A stretch of DNA of 64,000 nt, from assembly GCA_963718235.1 (NCBI GenBank), contig CAVQYR010000001.1, forward strand, positions 1,280,001 through 1,344,000, in the 5' to 3' direction. Below the pieces are notes generated by a model, which ran no database searches, was not told the DNA's origin, and saw only the letters and a list, made by a program, of their open reading frames with translations. Positions within the stretch are counted from its first letter, which is position 1; the number at the start of each line of letters is the position of its first letter. The position numbers were made by a program, and so were the translations under genes. Of the stretch, positions 10,128 to 20,707 are shown piece after piece. The stretch comes from an uncultured Actinomycetota bacterium (lineage in GTDB: Bacteria; Actinomycetota; Actinomycetes; JAHEKZ01).

Positions 10128-11189
10128 CTACCGAGCCCCCGGGTGGAGCCTCACGACGGTGCCGGTGGTCGCCGAGGTGCGGGCGGCGTCGAGCACACGC
10201 AGCACCTCGACCACGCCACTCGGTTCGACCGGTGGTGTCGCGCCGCGGAGGATCGACGCGGCAACCGCGGGGTAGTAGCGCTCCCAGCAACCGGAGACCA
10301 GCGGCAGGGAGTCGCCCTCGGGCCAAAGGGCCGACGCCCTCGAAGCAGGCTCTGCCCCCCACGTCGGGTCGCCCGGTCGCCTTCCGGCGCGAAGAGCCTC
10401 CTCCTGACCGTCGAGCCCGTGGACCACCCAGCTGCGCTGGTCGCCGAGCACCCGGAAGCGCGGTGCCGGGTCGGCCGCCAGGACGCTGGCCCACGCATGG
10501 CTCACCGACCCGCTGACGTGGGTCAGGGCCACGAACACGTCGTCGTCGGCCGCCGCAGGGATTCTGACCGAGCCGACCTCGGCGTACACCGACTCGACCG
10601 GACCAAGCGCCAGGACCAGCTGGTCCACCAGGTGGCTGCCGAGGTCGTACAGCAGGCCACCCATGGCGACCGGGTCCGAGCGTTCGCGCCACCCACCGCT
10701 GGGGATCGGTCTCCAGCGCTCGAACCGTGACTCGATGCGATGCACGTGACCGAGACGCCCTTCGGCGAGCAGCGACTGGAGGGTCAGGAAGTCGGAGTCC
10801 CAGCGACGGTTCTGGAACACGTGCAGCTGACGCCCGCCGGACCGCGCGTGCTCGAACAGGGACCGGGCGGTCTCGGCGTCGGGTGCCATCGGCTTGTCGA
10901 CGACGACGTGCAGGCCGTGGTCGAGCGCCGCCCGGACCAGCGGGACGTGCGCGATGTTCGCCGTGGCCACGACCGCGAGGTCGAACTCGTCAGCGCGGGC
11001 GAACGCCGCGTCGGCGTCGGGCAGGAGGGTGGCTTCGGGGTGGTCGTCGGCGGCGACAGCAGCGCGCTCCGGGTCACTGGTCACGATGGCCGCCAGCTCG
11101 AGTTCGCTGGCAGCGGAGATGAGTGGCGCATGGAAGACCCGACCGGCCAGCCCGTAGCCGTGGAGCAGGACACGCAGTCGATGCGGCAT
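10128..11189 (-). CDS. Gfo/Idh/MocA-family oxidoreductase (YhhX/IolW-like)
   Basis: GYGLAGRVFHAP, HVVVDKP, FQNRRWDSDFLT, DLGSHLVDQ. Confidence 0.9.
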   Translation of the reverse strand: MPHRLRVLLHGYGLAGRVFHAPLISAASELELAAIVTSDPERAAVAADDHPEATLLPDADAAFARADEFDLAVVATANIAHVPLVRAALDHGLHVVVDKPMAPDAETARSLFEHARSGGRQLHVFQNRRWDSDFLTLQSLLAEGRLGHVHRIESRFERWRPIPSGGWRERSDPVAMGGLLYDLGSHLVDQLVLALGPVESVYAEVGSVRIPAAADDDVFVALTHVSGSVSHAWASVLAADPAPRFRVLGDQRSWVVHGLDGQEEALRAGRRPGDPTWGAEPASRASALWPEGDSLPLVSGCWERYYPAVAASILRGATPPVEPSGVVEVLRVLDAARTSATTGTVVRLHPGAR

Positions 11190-11229
11190 GCTGACCAGTG
11201 AACACCCGTCGTCGACCTAGGGAGTGCCG

Positions 11230-11967
11230 ATGCCCGCCGAGACACGAGACCTGGCCGGAACCGTGGTGGCCATCACCGGGGCCACGGCCGGTATCGGCGC
11301 CGCCGCGGCACGCCTCCTGGTCGAGGCCGGTGCGAACGTGGCCCTCAACGGCCGTCGCCAGGACCGGTTGGACGCCTTGACGGCCGAGCTCGGTGCGGAC
11401 CGGGTCGTCTCGGTGCCCGGCGACGTCCGGACCCCGGAGGACCACGCTGCGCTGGTTCGCGCCGCACTGGACCGGTGGGGGCGACTCGACTCCGTCGTGC
11501 CGAACGCCGGGATCGGGATGTACGGGAGCATCCTGGACTACCCCGACGACGAGATCGCGCGCATGGTCGACACGAACTTCACCGGCACCGTGTGGTCGGT
11601 GCGGGCCGCGCTCCCGGCCATGCTGGAGACCACTGGTGGCGGCGACGTCGTCATCGTGGCCTCGGTGGCGGGGCTTCGCGGTGGCGGCGACGAGGCGGTG
11701 TACGCCGGCACGAAGTTCGCCCAGGTGGGCCTCGCCGGCGCGCTCGACCGTGAGCTTCGCGAGCGCGGCGTGCGCGTCTCGGCAATCTGCCCGGCCGGTG
11801 TCGAGACCGAGTTCGCCCTCGGTGCCGGCCGCACTGCCGGTGACCCCTCGATGGAGGCGTACCTGCGGCCGGAAGACGTCGCCCACGCGGTGGTCACCGT
11901 GCTGAAGCAGCCACGACGCGTGCGGACCACGCTGTGGGCCCTGTGGTCCATGGGACAGCAGTCCTGA
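11230..11967 (+). CDS. Short-chain dehydrogenase (ribitol/pentitol dehydrogenase-like)
   Basis: TGATAGIG, NAG, ASVAG, YAGTK; directly upstream of xylB. Confidence 0.85.
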   Translation: MPAETRDLAGTVVAITGATAGIGAAAARLLVEAGANVALNGRRQDRLDALTAELGADRVVSVPGDVRTPEDHAALVRAALDRWGRLDSVVPNAGIGMYGSILDYPDDEIARMVDTNFTGTVWSVRAALPAMLETTGGGDVVIVASVAGLRGGGDEAVYAGTKFAQVGLAGALDRELRERGVRVSAICPAGVETEFALGAGRTAGDPSMEAYLRPEDVAHAVVTVLKQPRRVRTTLWALWSMGQQS

Positions 11968-11982
11968 CGGACGGGCCGAACC

Positions 11983-13497
11983 TTGAGTGCGAGCGCCGCA
12001 GTCGGACGCGAGTACGTCGTCGGGATCGACGTCTCGACGACGGCCACGAAGGCGGTGCTCGTCGACGAGACGGGTCGGGTCGCGGCGGTCGGGGTCAGCG
12101 AGTACGGCTTCGACACCCCGCGCCCCGGGTGGTCCGAGCAGGACCCGGCGCTGTGGTGGGCGGCCACGCGGCACGCGGTCGGGTCTGCCCTCGATGACGC
12201 CCAGGTCCCAGGGGATGCGGTACGGGCGGTCGGGCTGACCGGCCAGATGCACGGCTCGGTGCTGCTGGACAGCGCCGGCGAGGTCGTGCGTCCGGTGCTG
12301 CTGTGGAACGACCAACGAACTGCGGCGGAGTGCGACGAGATCCGCAGGCTCGTCGGAACCCAGCGGCTGGTCCAGCTGACCGGCAACGACGCGCTCACTG
12401 GTTTCACCGCCCCCAAGCTGCTGTGGGTCCGGCGGCACGAGCCGGGGGAGTGGTCGCGTGTGTCGCACGTCCTCCTGCCCAAGGACTTCGTTCGGCTCCG
12501 GCTCACGGGTGAGTACGCCACCGACGTCGCTGACGCGTCCGGAACCCTGCTCGTCGACGTGACGGCGCGCACCTGGTCGGCGGACGTGCTCTCGGCGTTG
12601 TCGCTCGATCCCGCGTTGCTTCCGAGCCTGTTCGAAGGCCCGGAGGTGACCGGGCTCATCACGGAGGACGCCGCCGCGGCCACGGGTCTGGCGGTCGGCA
12701 CACCAGTCGTGGCAGGAGGTGGCGACCAGGCCGCCAACGCAGTAGGGGTCGGTGCAGTGGCAGGTGGTATTGGCGCACTGTCACTCGGCACATCAGGGGT
12801 GGTGTTCGTCCCCACCGACCGGCCAGTGATCGAGCCTCACGGGCGCGTGCACTCCTTCTGCCACGCCGTGCCCGACACCTGGCACGTCATGGGAGTGATG
12901 CTGTCGGCAGCGGGTTCGCTGCGTTGGTACCGCGACACGGTGGCTCCCGGGGTCCAGTTCGGGTCGCTGGTCGACGAGGCGAGCGGCATCCCGCCGGGGG
13001 CCGAGGGTCTGTGGTTCCTTCCGTACCTGACCGGCGAGCGGACGCCGCACGCAGATCCCAACGCTCGCGGGGCGTTCATCGGACTGACGGTCCGGCACAC
13101 GCGCGCACACCTCACCCGGGCCGTCCTCGAGGGTGTTGCGTTCGGGCTGCGTGGTGGGCTCGAGCTGATGGTGTCGGCAGGCGTCGCGCGGCCTGAGGAG
13201 TTCCGGGCCTCCGGGGGTGGGACCAAGAGCCCGCTGTGGCGACAGATCGTGGCTGATGTGCTCGGGGTCCGGCTCAGCCTCACGCAGACAGCCGAGGGTG
13301 CGGCCTACGGCGCAGCCGTCCTGGCCGGGGTGGGTGCCGGTTGGGGTTCGAGCGTCCCGGAGCTGGCGGGAGCCTTCGTGCATGTCGAAGGCCCGGCGAC
13401 CGACCCGGTCTCCACGGGCGCGTACGAGGGACCGTACGCGTCGTTCCAAGGTCTGTACCCGGCGCTCGCGCCGACCTTCTCGGCGCTCGACGCCTGA
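11983..13497 (+). CDS. xylB: Xylulokinase
   Basis: GIDVSTTATKA, GLTGQMHG, LWNDQRT, GFTAPKLLW, GGGDQAA, SLGTSG, LPYLTGERTPH; xylA and xylFHG nearby. Confidence 0.93.
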   Translation: MSASAAVGREYVVGIDVSTTATKAVLVDETGRVAAVGVSEYGFDTPRPGWSEQDPALWWAATRHAVGSALDDAQVPGDAVRAVGLTGQMHGSVLLDSAGEVVRPVLLWNDQRTAAECDEIRRLVGTQRLVQLTGNDALTGFTAPKLLWVRRHEPGEWSRVSHVLLPKDFVRLRLTGEYATDVADASGTLLVDVTARTWSADVLSALSLDPALLPSLFEGPEVTGLITEDAAAATGLAVGTPVVAGGGDQAANAVGVGAVAGGIGALSLGTSGVVFVPTDRPVIEPHGRVHSFCHAVPDTWHVMGVMLSAAGSLRWYRDTVAPGVQFGSLVDEASGIPPGAEGLWFLPYLTGERTPHADPNARGAFIGLTVRHTRAHLTRAVLEGVAFGLRGGLELMVSAGVARPEEFRASGGGTKSPLWRQIVADVLGVRLSLTQTAEGAAYGAAVLAGVGAGWGSSVPELAGAFVHVEGPATDPVSTGAYEGPYASFQGLYPALAPTFSALDA

Positions 13498-13525
13498 CGA
13501 GGCCCCGCCGCTCGCCTGACCCGGG

Positions 13526-15211
13526 TCACCCGGTGGAGGGTGTCCAGATCTCAGCGTCGGTCGCGCCGCGCGCGAGCAGGGCGAACTGGTTGGCATCCAC
13601 GGTCACCCACGGGCCGGTCTCTCCATCGGGCCACTCCACGCGCACGTCGACCTGGTCGGCGTCGCCCAGACCCAGATGGACCCACCCGAGCTGCCCACTC
13701 GCATGGCCGCCACCGATCGTCAGCTGGCGGCTGACCGTGCCGGCGTCGGTGCGCATCTCGAGCCATGCGCCGACCGCATCGCGGTTGCTGCCGGGCTGGT
13801 GCAGTCGCAGCGCAGCCCAGTTCCCCATGGGCTCGGGGTTGGCCTTGTCCCCGGAGCCCACGTTGCGCCACAACCGCACGTTCTCGCCACGGTTGACCTC
13901 GACGAGGTCGAGCATCCCGTCGAGGTTGAAGTCGGCCAGGGCCGCCCCTCGGCCTCGCCCGAAGCTCACGATCCCGGCCTCCCTGGCGCTCTCGGTGAAG
14001 GTGCCATCGGTGTTGCCCAGGAGCAGGTTGCTCGGATCCTCGGCAGCGTGGTCGGCCTGGGCATCGACGTTGCCCTTGGAGATGAACAGGTCGATGACCC
14101 CGTCGTTGTTCACGTCGGCGAACTCCGGGTGCCAAGCGGTCGAGGGGAGGAGAGGGTCGCCCATGAAGGGTCGGTGCGCGGTCACGCCGCGGCGGATGGC
14201 GATGTCCCCGTACGTCGGCCGCTCCGGACCGTCGGTGAGGGTCTGCAGTCTGTTGTCGCCCTGGCTGGTGATGAAGACCTCCGGGAGGCCGTCTCCGGTC
14301 ACGTCGTAGGTGGCGATGCCCATGCCCCAGATCTGCAGCGGCTGCCAGCCCTCCTCGAGGGTGTAGGGGCGCGGCGCCTCACCGCCGTCGACCCGCCACA
14401 GCTGCTCCTGTCCATCGGTGTAGTAATGGCGGTCGTTGGCCATCCGCAGGTCGTGCCGGCCAGTGTGGTTCCAGTCGGCGAAGAGGATCGACAGCGTGCA
14501 CAGCCCCGGTGCCAGCGTGATCGGTGGTCGGTAGCCAGCCCCGTCCGCGGCCGGTCGGTACATCGCACTGTCCGTGCAGCCGCGGGCGTTCTGCTTGTCC
14601 GCCTTCACGTCGAGGTAGTTGCCGAAGGCGAGAGTCGGTAGCGCGGTCGGGTCCTCCCAGGTGGCCGAGAACGCGTCCGTCCAGGCCTTGCCGCCGTCGA
14701 AGGCCCACGTCTCGTTGGCCCGCTCGAACCGACAGCCGCCCAGCCCTCGCAGCAGCACGTTCTCGCCGACCCGCAGCACGGCCAGGTCGAGGTTCCCGTC
14801 GGCGTCGATGTCGATCGGGTACGCGCCGGTGACCTCGGTGAGGTCGGTTGCGGCGTCGGGCACCTCGCTGAACCTGAGCTCGCCGCCGACCGAGCTGTCG
14901 TTGTGGAACAGGGCGGCGGGCTCCTCGCCACCCGCCAGGTAGAGGTCCGGGCGACCGTCGTCGTCGCAGTCGAACGTGGCGACCCCTCCACCGACGTAGA
15001 ACCTGAAGTCGCCGTCGTACACGTGCCGGATGCCAGAGGCGCTGGTCTCCTCGACGAAGCGAGGGGGACTGGCCGCTGACGGCTCCTCGGCGGCAAGGGG
15101 GCCGACCGCCACGACGAAAGCGGCGGCGCCGGCGAGGCAGCCGGCGAGGATCCCGCCCAGGAACCATCGGACACCCCCTGCCCGGCGCGAGACCGGCGGC
15201 AGCTCGCTCAT
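13526..15211 (-). CDS. CRTAC1-family FG-GAP repeat / ASPIC-UnbV protein, exported or membrane-anchored
   Basis: Repeated DxDxDGxxDL motifs; C-terminal NRDAVGAW..GGGHASG...HLGLG..VRVEWPDG; N-terminal hydrophobic helix; ATGA overlap with upstream gene. Confidence 0.88.
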   Translation of the reverse strand: MSELPPVSRRAGGVRWFLGGILAGCLAGAAAFVVAVGPLAAEEPSAASPPRFVEETSASGIRHVYDGDFRFYVGGGVATFDCDDDGRPDLYLAGGEEPAALFHNDSSVGGELRFSEVPDAATDLTEVTGAYPIDIDADGNLDLAVLRVGENVLLRGLGGCRFERANETWAFDGGKAWTDAFSATWEDPTALPTLAFGNYLDVKADKQNARGCTDSAMYRPAADGAGYRPPITLAPGLCTLSILFADWNHTGRHDLRMANDRHYYTDGQEQLWRVDGGEAPRPYTLEEGWQPLQIWGMGIATYDVTGDGLPEVFITSQGDNRLQTLTDGPERPTYGDIAIRRGVTAHRPFMGDPLLPSTAWHPEFADVNNDGVIDLFISKGNVDAQADHAAEDPSNLLLGNTDGTFTESAREAGIVSFGRGRGAALADFNLDGMLDLVEVNRGENVRLWRNVGSGDKANPEPMGNWAALRLHQPGSNRDAVGAWLEMRTDAGTVSRQLTIGGGHASGQLGWVHLGLGDADQVDVRVEWPDGETGPWVTVDANQFALLARGATDAEIWTPSTG

Positions 15212-17073
15212 CTGGACTCCCCGAAGTACGTCTGGGCCTTGGCCCAGGCAGCCTTCCCGCACGCGCTGCCGATGGCCCGACCCTCGAGGTCGTCGGCCCG
15301 CACGTGAATACCGCCGTAGAGCCGGGAGATGCCTGCCTGGTCCGACGCGTCTGCGTAGGTCGCCGACTGGAGCACGACGTCCTTGGTCGGCCCAGCCTCG
15401 AACTCCAGCGATCCGGCGGGAATGGTCCAGCTGAAGAGTCCGCCCGGGAAGTACTCGCTGCCGGTCATCGCGGTCAGCACCTCTGCGGCAGCCCGGCTGA
15501 ACGTGCTGTGTCCGGACACGTAGGCCGCGAACGCCGGGGTCACGAAGGTGTCCCGCTGGTAGGGCACCCAGTCAACCGCTCGGATCCAGTCGACCCCGCC
15601 GGTCTGGGTCTCCGGGTCGTCCGGAGTGCCGGTCCACGAGCGCACCGCGATCTCGCCCTCGTGGCCGGCCAGCTCCTCGTGCCGGTGCCCGGGCCGGGTC
15701 GTCCTCGACGTGACCAGCTCGACCAGCCCCGGCACGAGCGGAAGACCCTCGCGGTCGTAGGAGGGAAGGCTCGGGTCGCTCGACTGACCCAACCCACCCA
15801 GGTAGCGGATCATCGAGATCGGACGGGACGTGTCGTAGAAGCCCTTTACCCCCCAGGCGGCGACGGCCGCGTCGTGCGTCGCGCCGTTGAGCGCGAAGTA
15901 GAGCTCCACGTCCCACTGCAGGCGATCGACCGTCGGTCCTGAACCACCGATCCGCAGCTCAGGGGCGAGCTGGTCGGACACGGCGTTGGCGATGGTGTTC
16001 CAGTGGCCGGGTGGTGTCTCGGACTTCGGGCCGTCGGCCCAGAACTCGGCGACCGCACGTCCGAAGTCGGCCTGGTTCACCGGGTTGGGCGGGTAGGGCT
16101 CCCCGGTCACCGGGTTCAGCGGATGCCCAGTTCCGTCGTACGTACCCAGAGGGTTGGCGCCGAGTGAACCGGGTGACGCGTCGACCACGACCCCTTGGTT
16201 CGGGTCGAGCTCGCTGCTGAGCCGGATCACCTCGACGGCGGCCTCCTTGAACGCGCCGTCACTGCTCGGGTCCTCCAAGCGAGGCGGCGGTCCGGGGTCG
16301 ATCGGGAGGCCCTCGTCGCCGCCGTCCGGAAGGGCGAAGCCGGTGACGCGACCCCACTGGGTGCCGATGGCCTTCTGGACGTTGTCCTCGGCAGGGATCC
16401 CGTTCTGTGAGGTCAGCTGCTCGATCTGGAGCGGCTGCCAACGGTTGGGGTCGGTCATCGTCGTCCCGGGCTTGGCCACGACGAGGGGCGGGTTGACGGG
16501 GACGTAGTCCGGATTGGTGTATCGGCCGGCCTCGTTGGAGCCGTCGTCGACTCCGGACGCGAGCACCGCGGCGGCGATCCGGTTGCCGAGTGCGGCCGGG
16601 CTGTCCCCCTCCGTGGTGTCCACGTCGGTCGAGTAGCACATCGACGTCATCAGGGCATCGAAGGCCGGGATCGAGTCCGACGCGCCGACCGCACCCAGGT
16701 AGCGGGACTCGAGCACGCGGTACGCGGCATAGCTGATCGCCTCGTCTCGGGCGGCAGCCACGTCGGCGGCATCGTGCTTCTCGTCCAGGAAGTAGCCGCG
16801 TGCCTGGGGGTCGTAGGCGGCCCAGGCGTCCCACATCGCCGCCGAGACGTGGAAGAGGTTGCGGGCGTGGACCGGCGGGTTCGGGATGTCACGGCGGATC
16901 GCGTCCAACGTGGCCTCGTCCCACGCACGGGCCACCGACCACTCCGGGTGGCTCGCCGCGCAGTCCGGCTCCTCAGATGCGTCTCGGGCCAGGGAGAGCC
17001 CGCCGAACGCGAACGCAAACCCGAGGACGGCACCGAGGACCGAAGCCGCACCGCGCTTGGCGCCGTTGCTCAC
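15208..17073 (-). CDS. Vanadium-dependent haloperoxidase-like protein (PAP2 fold), exported
   Basis: Vanadate-site motifs K-x6-RP (KGFYDTSRP), PxFxxYVSGHS, R-x5-H-x3-D (SRLYGGIHVRAD); FWADGP; N-terminal hydrophobic segment; GTG at 17073 with GGAAGG SD. Confidence 0.85.
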   Translation of the reverse strand: MSNGAKRGAASVLGAVLGFAFAFGGLSLARDASEEPDCAASHPEWSVARAWDEATLDAIRRDIPNPPVHARNLFHVSAAMWDAWAAYDPQARGYFLDEKHDAADVAAARDEAISYAAYRVLESRYLGAVGASDSIPAFDALMTSMCYSTDVDTTEGDSPAALGNRIAAAVLASGVDDGSNEAGRYTNPDYVPVNPPLVVAKPGTTMTDPNRWQPLQIEQLTSQNGIPAEDNVQKAIGTQWGRVTGFALPDGGDEGLPIDPGPPPRLEDPSSDGAFKEAAVEVIRLSSELDPNQGVVVDASPGSLGANPLGTYDGTGHPLNPVTGEPYPPNPVNQADFGRAVAEFWADGPKSETPPGHWNTIANAVSDQLAPELRIGGSGPTVDRLQWDVELYFALNGATHDAAVAAWGVKGFYDTSRPISMIRYLGGLGQSSDPSLPSYDREGLPLVPGLVELVTSRTTRPGHRHEELAGHEGEIAVRSWTGTPDDPETQTGGVDWIRAVDWVPYQRDTFVTPAFAAYVSGHSTFSRAAAEVLTAMTGSEYFPGGLFSWTIPAGSLEFEAGPTKDVVLQSATYADASDQAGISRLYGGIHVRADDLEGRAIGSACGKAAWAKAQTYFGESR

Positions 17074-17323
17074 GCTGACCTTCCGAGACCTGTTCGGAGA
17101 CCCTGTCCGACGGACATGATTCTGTCTCATCGGAGGGACGGTCGAGCCCCTCGGCGGCGGACCGGCGCACCCACCACGTCGCGGGCGCGCTCAGGGTGAC
17201 CCCAACGAAACCATTCCGTTACGCGAAGGGGACGTTTGGCCCGAGTTGCAAGGGGGGTCCTCGTCGCTAGGGTGAGGGCGTTGATCAACTGTGGTCACCA
17301 GACTCGGAAATGGAGGAGCAGCC

Positions 17324-18460
17324 TTGTCGAAGCTTCGATACTTCGTGCTGCTACCCGTTGCTGCGCTCGCGCTTGCCGCCTGCAGCAGCGACGACGGCGG
17401 AGGCGGCGGTGATACGACTGCGGCGGCAGAAGGAATCACGGTCGGGGTCTCCTGGAACAACTTCAACGAACCACGCTGGGCCAAGGCCGACGAGCCGGCC
17501 ATGCAGGAGAAGCTGACCGAGCTCGGTGCCGAGTACATCTCGACCGACGCCGGATCGTCAGCGGACCAGCAGCTCACCGACGTCGAGAACCTGATCACCC
17601 AGGGTGCTGACGTGCTGATCATCCTGGCCCAGGACGGCACGGCGATCCTGCCGGCGGTTCAGAGCGCGACCGACCAGGGGATCCCGGTGATCAGCTACGA
17701 CCGGCTCATCGAGGATCCCAACTCCTTCTACCTGACGTTCGACAACGTCGAGGTCGGTCGGATGCAGGCCCAGGCCATCTACGACCTGGTCCCCAAGGGC
17801 AACTACGTGTTCATCAAGGGCAACGCGGCTGACGCCAACGCAGACTTCCTGCGCGGCGGGCAGGAGGAGGTCCTGACCAAGGCGACCGGGTGCAAGGAGC
17901 TCAAGCCGCCGTGCGACATCGTCAACGTCGGCGAGTCCTACACGGACAACTGGGAACCGGCGGTCGCCCAGACGAACATGGAGCAGTTCCTGACCAAGAA
18001 CAACAACAACGTCGACGCAGTGGTGGCCTCGAACGACGGCATGGCCGGCGGCGTGGTGGCAGCACTGGAGGCCCAGGGCCTCGCCGGTGACGTTCCGGTG
18101 TCTGGCCAGGACGGTGACGCTCCGGCACTCAACCGGGTCGCGCTCGGCACCCAGGCGGTCGACGTCTGGAAGAACGCCTTCGAGCTCGGCAAGGCGGCAG
18201 CGGAGATCGCCGTCCAGCTGGCTGACGGCACCGCGCTCGCGGACGTCTCGATCACCAGCGACCTGGGTGACACCGCCCCGGCCGCAGGTCCTGACGCCCA
18301 GCCGTTCACCACTCCAGAAGGCAACGAGGTCTCGTCGCTCATCCTGACCCCGATCCCGATCACCCAGGACAACCTCAACGTCCCGGTCGATGCGGGTTGG
18401 ATCACCCAGGAGGAGCTCTGCCAGGGCGTCAAGGCCGGCTCTGTGGCGGCCTGCCCGTAG
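17324..18460 (+). CDS. xylF: D-xylose ABC transporter substrate-binding lipoprotein
   Basis: Lipobox LAAC; [39 protein letters not shown]; TTG after GGAGGA. Confidence 0.88.
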   Translation: MSKLRYFVLLPVAALALAACSSDDGGGGGDTTAAAEGITVGVSWNNFNEPRWAKADEPAMQEKLTELGAEYISTDAGSSADQQLTDVENLITQGADVLIILAQDGTAILPAVQSATDQGIPVISYDRLIEDPNSFYLTFDNVEVGRMQAQAIYDLVPKGNYVFIKGNAADANADFLRGGQEEVLTKATGCKELKPPCDIVNVGESYTDNWEPAVAQTNMEQFLTKNNNNVDAVVASNDGMAGGVVAALEAQGLAGDVPVSGQDGDAPALNRVALGTQAVDVWKNAFELGKAAAEIAVQLADGTALADVSITSDLGDTAPAAGPDAQPFTTPEGNEVSSLILTPIPITQDNLNVPVDAGWITQEELCQGVKAGSVAACP

Positions 18461-18555
18461 GTCATCACCGATGACCAGCTCGTAGATCGATCTGTGCGGT
18501 GCTGGCGGACCAGGGTTCGCCAGCACCGCACAGAACCACGAACGGAGGGTGCTCC

Positions 18556-19873
18556 TTGAGCGACGCGTCTACAGTTGCGGCTCCGGTTGAGCAGGGCGAG
18601 CCCAGCAAGCGCAGGGGCGCCTCCGCAGTGCTGCGCTCGATGGAGCTGGACCCCCGGCTGTTCGGGATGCTCATCGCGCTGGCGGTCATCTGGATCGTGT
18701 TCGACATCTGGTCCGGCGGCACGTTCCTGTCGCCACGGAACCTGTGGAACCTGTCGGTGCAGACCGCCGTCGTCGGAATCATGACGACCGGAATGGTGCT
18801 GGTCATCGTCACCCGCAACATCGACCTGTCGATCGGCTCGATGCTGGCCGTGATCGGCATGTTCATGGGGCTCCTGCAGGCCGAGTGGCTGCCCAAGTGG
18901 ATCGGGTTCGACCACCCCTTCACCTGGTTGATCTCCTTGGCCGCGGGGATCGCGCTCGGGGCGGCGATCGGGGCCTTCCAGGGGTCGCTCGTCGCCTATG
19001 CAGGCGTGCCGGCCTTCATCGTCACGCTGGGCGGGCTGCTGGTCTGGCGTGGTGTGGCCTGGTGGATGGCCTCGGGCCGGACGATCGCGCCGATGGACAC
19101 CAACTTCCAGCTCCTCGGCGGTGGCTCCAAGGGCACCATCGGCGGCACCTGGACCTGGATCATCGCGGTGGTCGCCTGTCTGGGCATCGTGCTGTTCCTC
19201 GTGAGCAGTCGACGACGACGCAAGAAGTTCGGGTTCACCCTGCGCCCCGTGTGGGCCGACGTCACCATCGCCATCGTGGGGTGCGTGGCGGTGATCGTCT
19301 CCGCGTGGGTGATCAACTCCTACCCCATGCCGCCGGCACTGGCCCGCCAGTACGCCGAGGACAACGGGATCGCCTGGCCAGAGGGTGGCCTGGAGATCCC
19401 CCTCGGTCTGGCCAACCCGGTGCTGATCTTGATCGTGGTCGGGCCTGGTGATGACCTTCGTCGCCACCCGGCTGAGCTTCGGGCGCTACGTGTTCGCCAT
19501 CGGTGGCAACCCGGAGGCCGCCGAGCTGAGCGGGATCAAGACCCGCTGGACGATCGTGCGGGTGTTCATGGTGATGGGCATCCTGGTCGCCATCGCCGCA
19601 GCCGTGTCGACCGCCCGGCTCAACGCCGCCACGAGCGGCCTCGGGCAGCTGGCCGAGCTGTACGTCATCGCGGCCGCGGTCATCGGCGGTACCTCCCTGG
19701 CCGGGGGCATCGGCACCATCCCTGGCGCCATGCTCGGCGCCCTGGTCGCGCAGTCGCTGCAGTCGGGCATGGTGCTGATCGGGGTCGACGCGCCGGTCCA
19801 GGACATCGTCGTCGGTGTCGTGCTGGTGTTCGCGGTGGCTCTTGACTCCCTCTACCGACGGAGGTTGACATGA
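18556..19873 (+). CDS. xylH: Xylose ABC transporter permease (one +1 frameshift near 19441-19443)
   Basis: [21 protein letters not shown], then [15 protein letters not shown] and [14 protein letters not shown] in the next frame; extra G in a GGG run. Confidence 0.88.
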
Positions 19874-20668
19874 CGGCAGAGTTGGCTGCTGAGCCTATCC
19901 AGCCCCTAGTGGAGATGCGTGACATCCGGGTGGCGTTCGGTGGGGTCCACGCCGTCGACGGCGTCACCGTCGACCTGTTCCCGGGCGAGGTGGTCGCGCT
20001 GGTCGGCGGCAACGGCGCCGGCAAGACCACGCTGATCAAGACCCTGTCCGGGGCGCACAAGGCCGACTCCGGCCAGATCATCGTCAACGGGGAAGAGGTG
20101 ACCATCAACAACCCCCGCGACGCCCAGCTGCTGGGTGTCGAGACGATCTACCAGACCCTCGCCCTTGCCGACAACATCGACGCCCCGTCGAACATCTTCC
20201 TCGGCCGCGAGGTGCGCACCCGGTGGCGGACCCTGGACGACACGGCCATGGAGGACGCCAGCCGCAAGCTGATGGGGCGGCTCAACCCCGGTTCCGCAAC
20301 TTCACCGCCCCGGTGAGCTCACTGTCGGGTGGACAGCGGCAGTCGGTGGCGATCGCCCGGGCCGTTCACTTCAACGCCCGCATCCTGATCATGGACGAGC
20401 CCACCGCCGCCCTCGGCCCGGCTGAGACCGAGCAGGTGCGCGACCTGATCCGTCAGCTGAAGAAGGAAGGCATCGGGATCTTCCTGATCAGCCACGACAT
20501 CCACGACGTGTTCGACCTGTCCGACCGGATCAGCGTGATGCTGCAGGGCAAGCTCGTCGGCACCGTCAACAAGTCCGACGTCACCAGGACGAGGTGCTGG
20601 CGATGATCATCGCCGGCAAGAAGCCCGGCGAAGTGACTGCCAAGGACATCGAGCAGCTGCACCTCTAG
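19870..20668 (+). CDS. xylG: Sugar ABC transporter ATP-binding protein (frameshifts near 20288 and 20586)
   Basis: Walker A GGNGAGKT; [15 protein letters not shown] and ISH in the next frame; final frame [12 protein letters not shown] ends at 20668. Confidence 0.85.
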
Positions 20669-20707
20669 CGGACACCGTCGTCCCTGGCGCTCGAGGTTTG
20701 CTCACGG

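Noticed and set aside
20280-20600. Programmed ribosomal frameshifting in xylG
   Set aside because: No slippery heptamer; similar indels occur in several unrelated genes
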